DNA of 39,917 nucleotides from IMG/VR virus record IMGVR_UViG_2851976983_000004. One strand, given 5' to 3'. Of this stretch, positions 1-8,552 are shown piece by piece; positions within the stretch are counted from its first letter, which is position 1; the number at the start of each line of letters is the position of its first letter. Position numbers and translations under genes: made by a program. The notes under the pieces were generated by a model. The model worked only from the letters and a program-made list of their open reading frames with translations, was not told the origin of the DNA and ran no database searches. The stretch comes from a virus (lineage: Duplodnaviria > Heunggongvirae > Uroviricota > Caudoviricetes).

Positions 1-390
1 TTACTCTTTTTTCTCCGTATCTGCATCGGGTTCATCAGCAAATAGCTTGCCCTGCATCCGATCCAGTTCTTCTTTTCTTACCCGCTTAACCACGCTGTAG
101 ACCCACTGAAGCGAAACACCAAATTTGCGGGCCAGTTCGTGGTGGTTGCGTCCGTTAAACTCCCTGAAGATTTCCCGGTCGCGCTGACTGACCTTCCATA
201 CCATGCCCATTGGGAAATAAACGTTTTGCCCGCCCCAGACCTGCATCATTCGGTTCGCGACAGCCTGACCAATCTGGTCGGCAATTGCGGGCTCAATATC
301 AATAATCTCGCGAACGGTCTCAGAGGTATGCTGTGCCAGTTCCACCAGGAGTTCCGGCCCTTTACTTCGAAACTGATTCAGGTCGCTCAT
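1..390 (-). CDS. Mor/C-family transcriptional activator (middle/late gene activator)
   Basis: 129-aa ORF, stop at 1-3; C-terminal pattern GGQNVYFPMG...REFNGRN..ELARKFGVS..WVYSVVKR matches the Mor/C family as I remember it; last gene of the leftward early operon, overlaps GemA-like gene. Confidence 0.8.
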   Translation of the reverse strand: MSDLNQFRSKGPELLVELAQHTSETVREIIDIEPAIADQIGQAVANRMMQVWGGQNVYFPMGMVWKVSQRDREIFREFNGRNHHELARKFGVSLQWVYSVVKRVRKEELDRMQGKLFADEPDADTEKKE

Positions 391-814
391 GTTTTACTCC
401 CGCAGCTCTGCGCTGCCACTTCTTCAGTTTCTCAATAACACTGCTTGCCTGTTCAGTATTGAGCCAGCGCAGGGCGCTGATGCCCGTTTCCCGCTTGATC
501 CACCGCGCTAATGCATTTTCTGAACGGTCACGAACAATGCCGGCAGCAGCCATTTCAATCCATAGCGCACGGATTTTCCTGGACTGCGGATGGTTATCCA
601 GCGGTAAACCGGAGCTGGCTTTTCCGGCAGGCTTAACGCGAAAGCCTTTCCTTTTCATGGATTCCAGCACGCAGTTTAGTTGTGTGGTATCCATTCCTTT
701 GGTTGAGGCTTTACCGGTCAGCCCCTGTAACATCTGGCGGTAGGTGTCTTCATCCATACCCAGTTCATTACGGGCAATATGAATGAGCTGGATAAGACGT
801 TGTTTAGTCATCAT
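362..814 (-). CDS. GemA-like protein (Mu gp16 family, DUF1018)
   Basis: ORF 362..853 trimmed to ATG at 814 preceded by AAAGGAG; N-terminus MMTKQRLIQLIHIARNELGMDEDTYRQML typical of GemA-like proteins. Confidence 0.65.
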   Translation of the reverse strand: MMTKQRLIQLIHIARNELGMDEDTYRQMLQGLTGKASTKGMDTTQLNCVLESMKRKGFRVKPAGKASSGLPLDNHPQSRKIRALWIEMAAAGIVRDRSENALARWIKRETGISALRWLNTEQASSVIEKLKKWQRRAAGVKHERPESVSK

Positions 815-1019
815 CGTTGCTCCTTTTACCTGCGCCACCGATATAATCGACATATAAAGGAAGCGCCACAGGCCAGCACAGGAACATCACCGACCAGCTA
901 ATCCAGTAGCCGGCACCACTGTAACGTGAATAAAACCCTGAACGGCGGTGCAGTTCAGCAGTACACCAACCGACAAAACAATACCAGAACATGGCACATA
1001 CAACAGATTCAGCAGTCAT
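804..1019 (-). CDS. small hydrophobic protein (hypothetical)
   Basis: Internal ATG of ORF 804..1175 (MTAESVVCAMFWYCFVGW...), about 71 aa, two hydrophobic segments; start choice uncertain. Confidence 0.35.
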   Translation of the reverse strand: MTAESVVCAMFWYCFVGWCTAELHRRSGFYSRYSGAGYWISWSVMFLCWPVALPLYVDYIGGAGKRSNDDD

Positions 1020-1239
1020 TCTGAATATCCCCCCAACTGATATGAATATTACGGGCAGCAATGACAGGGTCGTTATTCCACCATGCACCTGACATGTATT
1101 TTTCAACCTGTTCGCGTCCGGCAATAACACCAATTGTGATCCCCGGCCTGACGTTCTTAAAAAAGGCGCGGGCAAAAAGGTATCTGGCAGATATTCGGCA
1201 GGCTTTTAATTTCCGGCTGTTACCTGATAGCGTAATCAT
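1009..1239 (-). CDS. hypothetical early protein
   Basis: 76-aa ORF; ATG overlaps stop of upstream gene (ATGA) and is preceded by GGAGG, suggesting translational coupling. Confidence 0.45.
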   Translation of the reverse strand: MITLSGNSRKLKACRISARYLFARAFFKNVRPGITIGVIAGREQVEKYMSGAWWNNDPVIAARNIHISWGDIQNDC

Positions 1240-1916
1240 CTGGCCTCCAGTTTCTGTTGTTCCTGCCCACTGACCGGGCGGTGCAGTCTGACGTTCTGCC
1301 CTTCACGAAACCCCGCATAGCGCGAGGCGCCGCCATTGCGGCTTCTTCCTTTACGCGCCCTGGTGGTTTGCGTTTGCGGGTATTTATGTTCCAGCCACTG
1401 CTGCATCAGTTCACGTTCGTCATCGGTCAGGGCGAAGGACTGTATTTCACTGATAACGGCCAGCACCCAGCCTTCAGCAAACTGGTCACCACGGCTGGTA
1501 CGGGTGGCAGTTTTTATTCTTTTGTTCTGTGCGCTGATATATTGCTGACGCGCCTTTTTCAGCTGGCGGGCCAGCACTTCCCAGGTGTACGCAGCCAGTG
1601 CAGCCCGTTCCCGGTTGCCGTAGAACCCCACACCCGGATATGTGCCGGGGTGAATGATGGAGTTAACACCAAATGCCTCGCGGATGATGTTCATCAGGCC
1701 CAGCATGTAGCGCGGTGGACGGAGGCTGCCTGTCGGCCAGTAGTGACTGATGGTTTCATCAATATCACTCATGGCGATGTCGGAATGTGTGATGCCGTGA
1801 ACATCCATCAGTTTACGGGCACGGCGCAGTGCCAGAGCGGCCTCGTGAGGGTTGCCGGATGCGGCCAGCGCCAGCAACTTTTTCAGTTTCTCAATGTGTT
1901 TATCCTGGTCTGTCAT
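1236..1916 (-). CDS. DUF2786-like early protein
   Basis: 226-aa ORF; N-terminal KKLLALAASGNPHEAALALRRARKLM resembles the DUF2786 motif found in Mu-like prophage early regions. Confidence 0.6.
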   Translation of the reverse strand: MTDQDKHIEKLKKLLALAASGNPHEAALALRRARKLMDVHGITHSDIAMSDIDETISHYWPTGSLRPPRYMLGLMNIIREAFGVNSIIHPGTYPGVGFYGNRERAALAAYTWEVLARQLKKARQQYISAQNKRIKTATRTSRGDQFAEGWVLAVISEIQSFALTDDERELMQQWLEHKYPQTQTTRARKGRSRNGGASRYAGFREGQNVRLHRPVSGQEQQKLEAR

Positions 1917-2218
1917 TGTTCAGTATCTCCGGTGTACATGACGCCCAGCCGTGCGGCAAGGCGTTCCAGTTTTTTCTGTTTGTGGAAGTCAATCAGCCGG
2001 TCCATCCCCTGAAGGCGCAGCTGCTCTGCCATGATTTCCACGTCTGCCAGCTCTGCCGCGAGGTCACTTTCGCTGCCCTGTCCGTTCAGGTTGCGGGCGG
2101 CACTGGCCGCCAGTTCGGCGGCCTCTTCTGTCAGTTTCAGGGCCTGTGCATCCGGCCCGAAACGCTGCAGAGCCAGACGGTAGAGGGCGGTGCGGGTGAG
2201 TTCGGTGTTTCGTGTCAT
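1913..2218 (-). CDS. hypothetical early protein
   Basis: 101-aa ORF, 4-bp overlap with downstream gene, same strand as early operon. Confidence 0.5.
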   Translation of the reverse strand: MTRNTELTRTALYRLALQRFGPDAQALKLTEEAAELAASAARNLNGQGSESDLAAELADVEIMAEQLRLQGMDRLIDFHKQKKLERLAARLGVMYTGDTEQ

Positions 2219-2227
2219 GTCGCGCCC

Positions 2228-2500
2228 TCAGTGCTTCCGGTCGACGGTGATGTGCAGGCCGCCTTCTGCAGTAGTTTCCATCCGGTACGGCACCTCATGC
2301 TCTGCCGTGTGGGTGAGTGTGTTCACCAGTACCTGCAGGGCAGCCTCCTTTCCGTTGGTCGCCACAATAGCCTGCGCGGCCATGCTGATTAATTTGGTTA
2401 ATACCAGCCGGATATGGTTGGGGGTTTTACAACCACATTCACGGATATATTCCGCGACAATTTCGCGGGTCCGTTTTTCTGCGTCCTGTGGGGTAATCAT
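2228..2500 (-). CDS. hypothetical early protein
   Basis: 90-aa ORF in operon context, 4-bp overlap with upstream gene. Confidence 0.5.
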   Translation of the reverse strand: MITPQDAEKRTREIVAEYIRECGCKTPNHIRLVLTKLISMAAQAIVATNGKEAALQVLVNTLTHTAEHEVPYRMETTAEGGLHITVDRKH

Positions 2501-2691
2501 TGCGCGTCCTCCCTGTCAGGGCGGAAGAATTCCATGACGGGCACGTCCGCCGAAAAATGCTGGCTGCAGTACGGACAGACCAGGGTGACACGTACTGCAG
2601 GTACGTGGTACTTACCGGACATCACGGCGATGGCGCTGTGAAAACGCAGGGCTGTTATATCCCTCTCGCACTGAATACATTTAAATATCAT
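2497..2691 (-). CDS. small zinc-ribbon-like protein (two CxxC pairs)
   Basis: 64-aa ORF with CIQC ... CPYC; GAGGAG ribosome-binding site upstream of the ATG. Confidence 0.5.
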   Translation of the reverse strand: MIFKCIQCERDITALRFHSAIAVMSGKYHVPAVRVTLVCPYCSQHFSADVPVMEFFRPDREDAQ

Positions 2692-2788
2692 AATTTAATT
2701 CTCCTCTGTTTCCGGCGTGCAGAAGCCCACGGCGCTGACGCCGGAATAAAAAAGAAAATGTTTTTATTAAATAATTAACGTGGTGTGT

Positions 2789-3319
2789 TTACTGCACATC
2801 CTGCTCAAAAGGAATTATTGAAAAATCCTCAATATCACTTTTTATGGTAATACCGGGAATATTTTTCACGGCCTCTTTTTCATTCAGAATGGCATCTTTA
2901 TTTATTTCCTCTTTTACACGAATAAAGCGCTCAAGCCCCAGACGTCTCAGTAGTTCAATAACATTATCCGCTCCACGGATACTGACTGATGGCGGACGGT
3001 TTCGCCACTGCACCTCGCCGGTGGTGAGGTTAGCGAACTTCACCTTCCCGTTGCCGGTCAGTTCATCACGGTGTGCCTCACACCATGTCTGAATACCGGA
3101 CTGCAGTTCGGCCATGCGTTTTTTTAGGCTCTCGGTGAGCGGGGCATAACGTGCGGTGATATCGCCAATGGCGTCATTCATTTCTGTTTCAGCCCTGACC
3201 AGTTCACGTTGTGCGTCACCGAGCAGTCTGATTCCCTCAATGACCTCTTCGCGTGTCCCCGGTACCCAGAGTGCCGCTGCGGACTTGATACGTTTTGCCC
3301 CTTTTGTACTTTTTGCCAT
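2789..3319 (-). CDS. gam: Gam-like host-nuclease inhibitor (Mu Gam family)
   Basis: 176-aa ORF, size and sequence character of Mu Gam, positioned between B-like and mor-like genes. Confidence 0.75.
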   Translation of the reverse strand: MAKSTKGAKRIKSAAALWVPGTREEVIEGIRLLGDAQRELVRAETEMNDAIGDITARYAPLTESLKKRMAELQSGIQTWCEAHRDELTGNGKVKFANLTTGEVQWRNRPPSVSIRGADNVIELLRRLGLERFIRVKEEINKDAILNEKEAVKNIPGITIKSDIEDFSIIPFEQDVQ

Positions 3320-3346
3320 ATCTTATGATTTCTCCAGTTGTGCTGA

Positions 3347-3616
3347 TTACCACAAAGATTCCGGCCACACGACGCGACAGCCGTGCAGTTCGAAAACGCC
3401 CTGACGGAAATATCCCCTGTGGTCATGTCCGGTATACAGATAACAGGCCTTTCCCTGCTCAAGCATGCGCATGCAATGCGCACTCCGGGAAACGCGGATG
3501 ACAGGTTTGTTACCCCTGATGGTGATGCTTTGTACATCCGTGTTCGTCGCCTTAAGCGCCATAATGGCTGACTGCACTTTGCTGATTTGCTGGTTGATAC
3601 CTGTGGTGGATTTCAT
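3347..3616 (-). CDS. hypothetical early protein (kil-like position)
   Basis: 89-aa ORF immediately downstream of B-like gene. Confidence 0.5.
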   Translation of the reverse strand: MKSTTGINQQISKVQSAIMALKATNTDVQSITIRGNKPVIRVSRSAHCMRMLEQGKACYLYTGHDHRGYFRQGVFELHGCRVVWPESLW

Positions 3617-3618
3617 TA

Positions 3619-4812
3619 TTAAACCCCTTTGACAACGTCAGCGTTGACCTGTGGAACCCCGATTTCAGCGGCCAGATTCATGGCGGCTATCACCAGGTTA
3701 CTGACGGCCAGCGGATACAACAGGCTGACCATATTTTTACGATGACTTCCCGGATTGCTCAGGCGGGCACGTATGGCATCCACTGCACTGGCGTCCATAA
3801 TGTCCGTCAGTTGTTTACCTGCCCGTTGCAGTTTGAACGTCAGAAACTCTTCAAGGTTATTGTCCAGAGGCAGAAGTTCGACCACCTCACAGCGCTGAAC
3901 GACTTCACGGACTTCCATATTGCGTTCAGACAGTTTTGTCGCCAGTTCCGGCTGGCCAATCAGCACGATGGACAGCAGTTTTTTGAAACCGGACTCCAGC
4001 TCAAAAAAGCGTTTGAGGTGTTTCAGTGTCGGAATGGGCAGACTGTGGGCCTCCTCAATCACCAGAACGTGGCTGAACCCCGCCTGGCTGCTGTCTTTCA
4101 GGACGCGATGCAACTGGCGAAAGCGGGCGTCCTGACTGCGTCTGATGCTTTCCAGTGGTGCGATGGTACTGATAATGGCTTCGGCAATAGCTGCTGCCTT
4201 CAGGGTTTTCCCTTTCACATCGTTGTCTTCCATAGCGATGATGTATGGCTCGATAACAATTACCGGCGCATTCTCGCGGTTGATACGTTCAGTCAGGTCG
4301 CGGCGCAGCGTGGATTTACCCGCACCGGACTCACCGATGACGGCCATAAACCCACCATGACGGGCTGTCTGGTACAACGCCTCACGCACGTAGCGAATGT
4401 CCGGGGTGGTGAACACATCATCAGAACCCTGCATGGCTTCGTCGGCGAACGGGTCACGGAAAAGACCAAACGCTTTTTTGGTTGCCGGGAATAACACCTG
4501 TTTTTTGAGTAACATATTCTCTTCCTCACTGAGGCTCGTTTTATCTGTGGTACCCGCTGTACGGGGAGTGGCCGCGCCCTGTACAGCATCAAAACTCTTC
4601 GCTGTATCAATCCCCTGACTTTCCAGCCAGGACGCAAGACGCCGGCGCACTTCTCCGGGGCTGGTGCGGGGCCACGCGTTATGATTCACAATCTGGGCCA
4701 GCGTGGCCTCAGAAACATCGACAGCTCTCGCCACCACCGCCTGTGGAATACGGGCCTCTTTCAGTTGCTGCTTCAGTACCAGCATGTTTCCCTCCTCAGT
4801 TGCCGTTAACAA
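3619..4812 (-). CDS. MuB-like transposition ATPase (AAA+), N-terminal HTH
   Basis: 397-aa ORF with Walker A GESGAGKST; directly downstream of and overlapping the transposase gene. Confidence 0.85.
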   Translation of the reverse strand: MLTATEEGNMLVLKQQLKEARIPQAVVARAVDVSEATLAQIVNHNAWPRTSPGEVRRRLASWLESQGIDTAKSFDAVQGAATPRTAGTTDKTSLSEEENMLLKKQVLFPATKKAFGLFRDPFADEAMQGSDDVFTTPDIRYVREALYQTARHGGFMAVIGESGAGKSTLRRDLTERINRENAPVIVIEPYIIAMEDNDVKGKTLKAAAIAEAIISTIAPLESIRRSQDARFRQLHRVLKDSSQAGFSHVLVIEEAHSLPIPTLKHLKRFFELESGFKKLLSIVLIGQPELATKLSERNMEVREVVQRCEVVELLPLDNNLEEFLTFKLQRAGKQLTDIMDASAVDAIRARLSNPGSHRKNMVSLLYPLAVSNLVIAAMNLAAEIGVPQVNADVVKGV

Positions 4813-6565
4813 TGCTGATAACGCTGCTGCGGGCCGGCGTGGTCAGCGTGGCCATTACTTCATCCAGTGCGGCTTCCGGTACGCCGTCCGGGTACTGTGC
4901 CGTTAACTGGCGGTAATGTTCCGGCGTCCAGGTAAGGCCGTCGGCGCTGAACTTATCGCGTAGGGCTTTCGCGGCCTCCACATGAGTCATGGGACGTTGT
5001 TCAGTGCGCGGTCTGCGTACATCAGAGACCTGACCGCGCTTCGGTATACAGGCCGGAAGTGTGGCGTCATCAATATGTTTATACGGGTCAAGCCGCCCGC
5101 CGAACGGCAGCGCCTTCGCCTTGCGTGCGGCAGCTGCATCTGCGGCGTTGTCTGTACCGGTGACCAGCGCTTCGGTTTCTTTTGCCGCCGTCTGTGCCGG
5201 TGTTTCCGGCAGGGCTTTGTAACTTTCGCCAAATACCGCCGCGCCTTCAGCAAAGCCAAACTCGTTCTTTCTGACCTCTTCGACCAGGAAGAACGTCTCG
5301 TGGCCGTCCTCACCGGTCAGAACCACCTGTGCCACATCGCTGCGCCATGGGTTACGGGTAATCATCAGTTTTTCACCAACCAGTACGCCCGGTACCGTTG
5401 ATACGTCAAATTCAGTGCCCCGGAACGAGACACGAAGTTTTGGCGTGACTTTGCGGAGTTCTGGTGTCGCCACAGCCAGTTCACGGCATACCTCAACGGA
5501 AGGCGCTTTTTTCAGCTGCTCAGCAGTAATCTTCAGCCAGATATCCGTGCGGGTTTTACCGTGGCGGCTGTGAACAGCTGTTGCGTTAAAGTGGCTACGC
5601 CATTTCGCGGCCAGCGCGTTGAGTTCTTCCAGACTGTGAACCGGCCGGAATTTCAGACCCGGCTCAAGCTTGCGTTCGATAATGTCACGCGCCTTTTCCA
5701 CCTGTCCGGTGGCGCGGGCGTTATGCGGCTTGTGCGCTATCAGGTCGATGCCCAGTGAGCGGCACATGTTTTTCGTCATACCCGCGGTGTTTGCCGAGCC
5801 GGGGTCGAGATAGAGTATTTTCGGCACGCCGTGCAGCACGTCTGCGCCGCCACGCTCCTGCATGGCGTTGATAAGCACAGAACACAGGTTCTCACCGGAT
5901 TCCGCACCCGTCACATACTCAACGTAAATCCAGCCGCTGGCATGGTCGGTAATCTCGTAACTCCACACGCGGTCACTGGCGATACGGGCAAGGTTAGCGG
6001 GTTTGTTCTTGTAGAACTTCGCGCTGTCCATCACCTGCAGCCCTTTGTGTCCATTGCTCAGGTAGTAAAGCGTGCAGAGCGAGGCATCAATCTGCCAGAC
6101 GTGATTGGGATGCAGACTGGCCACTTCGGTATGCGGCGCAGGGGCATCCAGTTGTTCCGGGTGCAGGCCATAGTTACGCAAGGCACGACTGATGGCATCT
6201 TCGGACAACGGGAAAAACTCACCGGTGGTTTCATCTGTTCTGCCTGCGGAGATAAAGCCGTTAGCCCGCAGGGTTTCCACTGCATCTGCGATGGAATAGA
6301 GACGCTTACCGTTCTTGCGGGTGGCCTCACGCAGTGTGGCAGATATCAGCGCGGCTTCGTCGCGGGTCAGGGCGCTGCGCCCGGCATCGGCGCGTTTTTT
6401 GCGTTTATCAGTCACAGATACCTCCTTCAGCTTGCGCAGCAGAGTGGCGCGGGACATGCCAAGTTCAGCACAGGCAGCGTCGTATATTGCACCGCGTTTA
6501 CCATGCCCCGCGTCACGTGCCGCGCGGGCGACATAAACCAGTCGTTCAGTCAGGGCAGCATTCAT
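4796..6565 (-). CDS. Mu-type DDE transposase
   Basis: 589-aa ORF, N-terminal HTH region, integrase-like core (WQIDAS ... LDPGSAN ...), Mu A-like position upstream of the B-like ATPase. Confidence 0.85.
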   Translation of the reverse strand: MNAALTERLVYVARAARDAGHGKRGAIYDAACAELGMSRATLLRKLKEVSVTDKRKKRADAGRSALTRDEAALISATLREATRKNGKRLYSIADAVETLRANGFISAGRTDETTGEFFPLSEDAISRALRNYGLHPEQLDAPAPHTEVASLHPNHVWQIDASLCTLYYLSNGHKGLQVMDSAKFYKNKPANLARIASDRVWSYEITDHASGWIYVEYVTGAESGENLCSVLINAMQERGGADVLHGVPKILYLDPGSANTAGMTKNMCRSLGIDLIAHKPHNARATGQVEKARDIIERKLEPGLKFRPVHSLEELNALAAKWRSHFNATAVHSRHGKTRTDIWLKITAEQLKKAPSVEVCRELAVATPELRKVTPKLRVSFRGTEFDVSTVPGVLVGEKLMITRNPWRSDVAQVVLTGEDGHETFFLVEEVRKNEFGFAEGAAVFGESYKALPETPAQTAAKETEALVTGTDNAADAAAARKAKALPFGGRLDPYKHIDDATLPACIPKRGQVSDVRRPRTEQRPMTHVEAAKALRDKFSADGLTWTPEHYRQLTAQYPDGVPEAALDEVMATLTTPARSSVISIVNGN

Positions 6566-6568
6566 TGG

Positions 6569-7480
6569 TTATGCCTCCAGCCCGTTAATCTGTGGCGTCG
6601 GCTCAGTCAGCCATGAAGGCGCGACATCGCCTGTTGGCTCGTCCGGCAGGTCAAATGTGGAGCGCAGGCTACGCGCTGTGCTTTCCAGTTGACAGACCAG
6701 GCCTGCCATGAAGTCTCTGGGGGTATCAATCATGTTTTCAGCACAATATGCGCACAGTGTCTCAAAAGCGCTGGACAGTCGAACGGCGATGGCAGATTCC
6801 GCCTCAACCGCTAACGCGGTCACTTCCGCCCGCAGTTTCTTCACCTCTTCATCAGGCTCAGGTGGCTGAATACGGGATTTCTTCTCCAGTCTGGTGGAGA
6901 GTGAGTCTATTTTTTCATTTTTATCGGCGAGAACACGCTGTTGTGCTGCGTTGGTTTCGCGCGCTTCACGCAGGGCCTGACGCAATTCACGTACTGACAT
7001 GCGATCAACATCGTCAAGCGTCATGCCGGCAACTGTGCCGCCGTCGGCCAGTTCGGCAAGCTCTTCGTCGTCTTCTGTCATTAATTCGAAAAGTTTGGCT
7101 TTTCCCAAATGTGCCAACGTTGGCACATTTGGTTTCAGCGCCGGGGATAAGTATTTTGTCGATGCTTGCATCATTCTCACAGATGTCCGGTATGCCAGCC
7201 CCAACTCACTTTCAAGAATCTTTATAAACTCCCCGTGTGGTTCATTTTCCTTAAGGATTATCAGCCGCTTACCTGCCTCCAGCATGGCCTCAGCGCTCTG
7301 TGCCATATAAAAGCGTGCCTCATGGACAACACGATCGCGCTCATAGGGCAGACCATCGCCGAACTGTTGCATGATTTCCATGCGATGCTGTGTCATGGCG
7401 TTTAGACTGACATTGAGATCATCCGACAGCGGTACCTCGACGTTCAGTTCAGTGCTAACCGGTGATTTGGTGCGTCCCAT
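6569..7480 (-). CDS. hypothetical early protein, acidic with coiled-coil region
   Basis: 303-aa ORF between the regulator genes and the transposase; stop 4 bp before transposase start; family not recognised. Confidence 0.55.
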   Translation of the reverse strand: MGRTKSPVSTELNVEVPLSDDLNVSLNAMTQHRMEIMQQFGDGLPYERDRVVHEARFYMAQSAEAMLEAGKRLIILKENEPHGEFIKILESELGLAYRTSVRMMQASTKYLSPALKPNVPTLAHLGKAKLFELMTEDDEELAELADGGTVAGMTLDDVDRMSVRELRQALREARETNAAQQRVLADKNEKIDSLSTRLEKKSRIQPPEPDEEVKKLRAEVTALAVEAESAIAVRLSSAFETLCAYCAENMIDTPRDFMAGLVCQLESTARSLRSTFDLPDEPTGDVAPSWLTEPTPQINGLEA

Positions 7481-7490
7481 TGATTACTCC

Positions 7491-7799
7491 TTACAAACGA
7501 CTACCTGAAATAACACGTTGGTTGATTTCGTTAATGCGATCCTGTGCACGTGCCATCTCGTTACTGTGGGCCATGGCGATCTGCAGCAACTGGATGCCTG
7601 GTGCGAAACGCCCGTTTTCCAGTTTCAGGGCTAGTCCCTCTTCGATAAGGGTATTGAGTGCTCGATTGATGTTCGCCGGGGACTCATCTAGGGCTGATGC
7701 CAGTTCACCGTTAGAAACACCGTTCAGAGAGTGACCGCGTAGAGCTTTGAGTACACGTAGGATGCGGGTCCCGGAACTGGAGATATTTACTTTACTCAT
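7491..7799 (-). CDS. putative winged-helix DNA-binding regulator
   Basis: ORF 7491..7862; internal ATG at 7799 (MSKVNISSSGTRILRVLKAL...) avoids overlap with ner-like gene; start uncertain. Confidence 0.5.
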   Translation of the reverse strand: MSKVNISSSGTRILRVLKALRGHSLNGVSNGELASALDESPANINRALNTLIEEGLALKLENGRFAPGIQLLQIAMAHSNEMARAQDRINEINQRVISGSRL

Positions 7800-7851
7800 G
7801 TCACATTTCCATTTTTGCAATATGTGATAACCTGTTGCATATATGGAAAAT

Positions 7852-8040
7852 TTATGCCGCATTTGACGTGGGTTTTAATCCCAGCTTTACGGCAATTTCA
7901 TGGGCTTTGCCGTAACGAGCTTTGGTCTGTCCATTGAGAACACGATAGACCTCATTGCGGCTGTAGCCGTGTTCTTCGGCCCAGCGGGTAAACGTGATAC
8001 CACGCTGACGGAAGAGAGTTTTAACTTGTTCGGAAGTCAT
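7852..8040 (-). CDS. ner: Ner/Nlp-family DNA-binding protein (Cro-like early regulator)
   Basis: 62-aa ORF, FTRWAEEHGYSRNEVYRVLNGQ...AVKLGL resembles Ner/Nlp family; first gene of leftward operon; AAGGAG before ATG. Confidence 0.75.
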   Translation of the reverse strand: MTSEQVKTLFRQRGITFTRWAEEHGYSRNEVYRVLNGQTKARYGKAHEIAVKLGLKPTSNAA

Positions 8041-8087
8041 TGTTGTCTCCTTTGTTGATGCAATGATGTTTGTTTTATATGTGATAG

Positions 8088-8116
8088 ATTATGAGAACTA
8101 TTGTTCTCATTGTCAA
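8088..8116 (-). promoter_or_regulatory. candidate early promoter: -35 TTGACA, 17-nt spacer, -10 CATAAT
   Basis: On minus strand TTGACA (8116..8111), spacer, CATAAT (8093..8088), about 45 nt upstream of ner-like ATG. Confidence 0.5.
8091..8110. promoter_or_regulatory. perfect 20-bp palindrome ATGAGAACTATTGTTCTCAT, candidate operator
   Basis: 8-4-8 perfect inverted repeat lying within spacer and -10 of the candidate early promoter, between divergent regulator genes. Confidence 0.55.
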
Positions 8117-8552
8117 TGAGGTTTATGTGAATTTTGATTCTCTTTGCGCGTCGCGGTTCAAAGCTGAGCGTTCGCGGTTATCACTCAAGCAGGCTGAAGT
8201 AGCAGCCCTTTGTGGCGTTTCAAGAGAAATGTGGGGGAAATATGAACGAGGGGTTGCAGTTCCCGGAGGTGAGTTACTTGCAGCCTTTGCAAGAATTGGG
8301 GCCAACGTACAGTTCATTCTTACTGGGGAATCATCAGGTATAACTTTATCACGTGATGAAATGGAGTTACTTCAGCACTACCGGCAAGCACCGTTACAAG
8401 TCAAAGGTTCAGTTTTGTCGGCATTGACGACTGGCTCCTCCAGAGAACGGGCGGAACAGGTTATTCATGGAGATGTTCTGGGGAATGTTATCAAAGGTAA
8501 CGTAACCATAGGAACAGGTGGAATAATGAACAAAAATACAAAGAGAAAATGA
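8091..8552 (+). CDS. XRE-family HTH repressor (candidate lysogeny repressor)
   Basis: HTH segment LSLKQAEVAALCGVSREMWGKYERG; divergent from ner-like gene. ATG at 8091 lies inside the palindrome, so the real start may be GTG 8127 (GAGG upstream). Confidence 0.7.
   Translation: MRTIVLIVNEVYVNFDSLCASRFKAERSRLSLKQAEVAALCGVSREMWGKYERGVAVPGGELLAAFARIGANVQFILTGESSGITLSRDEMELLQHYRQAPLQVKGSVLSALTTGSSRERAEQVIHGDVLGNVIKGNVTIGTGGIMNKNTKRK

Noticed and set aside
1257-2012. 251-aa plus-strand ORF antisense to the DUF2786-like and neighbouring early genes
   Set aside because: Shadow ORF within the minus-strand early operon; low-complexity Ala/Gly-rich translation and no ribosome-binding site.
2692-2788. 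Inverted repeat CCGGCGT...ACGCCGG between Gam gene and the zinc-ribbon gene
   Set aside because: 7-bp stem with 19-nt loop and no downstream U-run on the transcribed strand; too weak to call a terminator or regulatory site.
3742-4494. 250-aa plus-strand ORF inside the MuB-like ATPase gene
   Set aside because: Antisense to a gene with a clear Walker A motif; shadow ORF.
5831-6616. 261-aa plus-strand ORF inside the transposase gene
   Set aside because: Antisense to the DDE transposase; shadow ORF.
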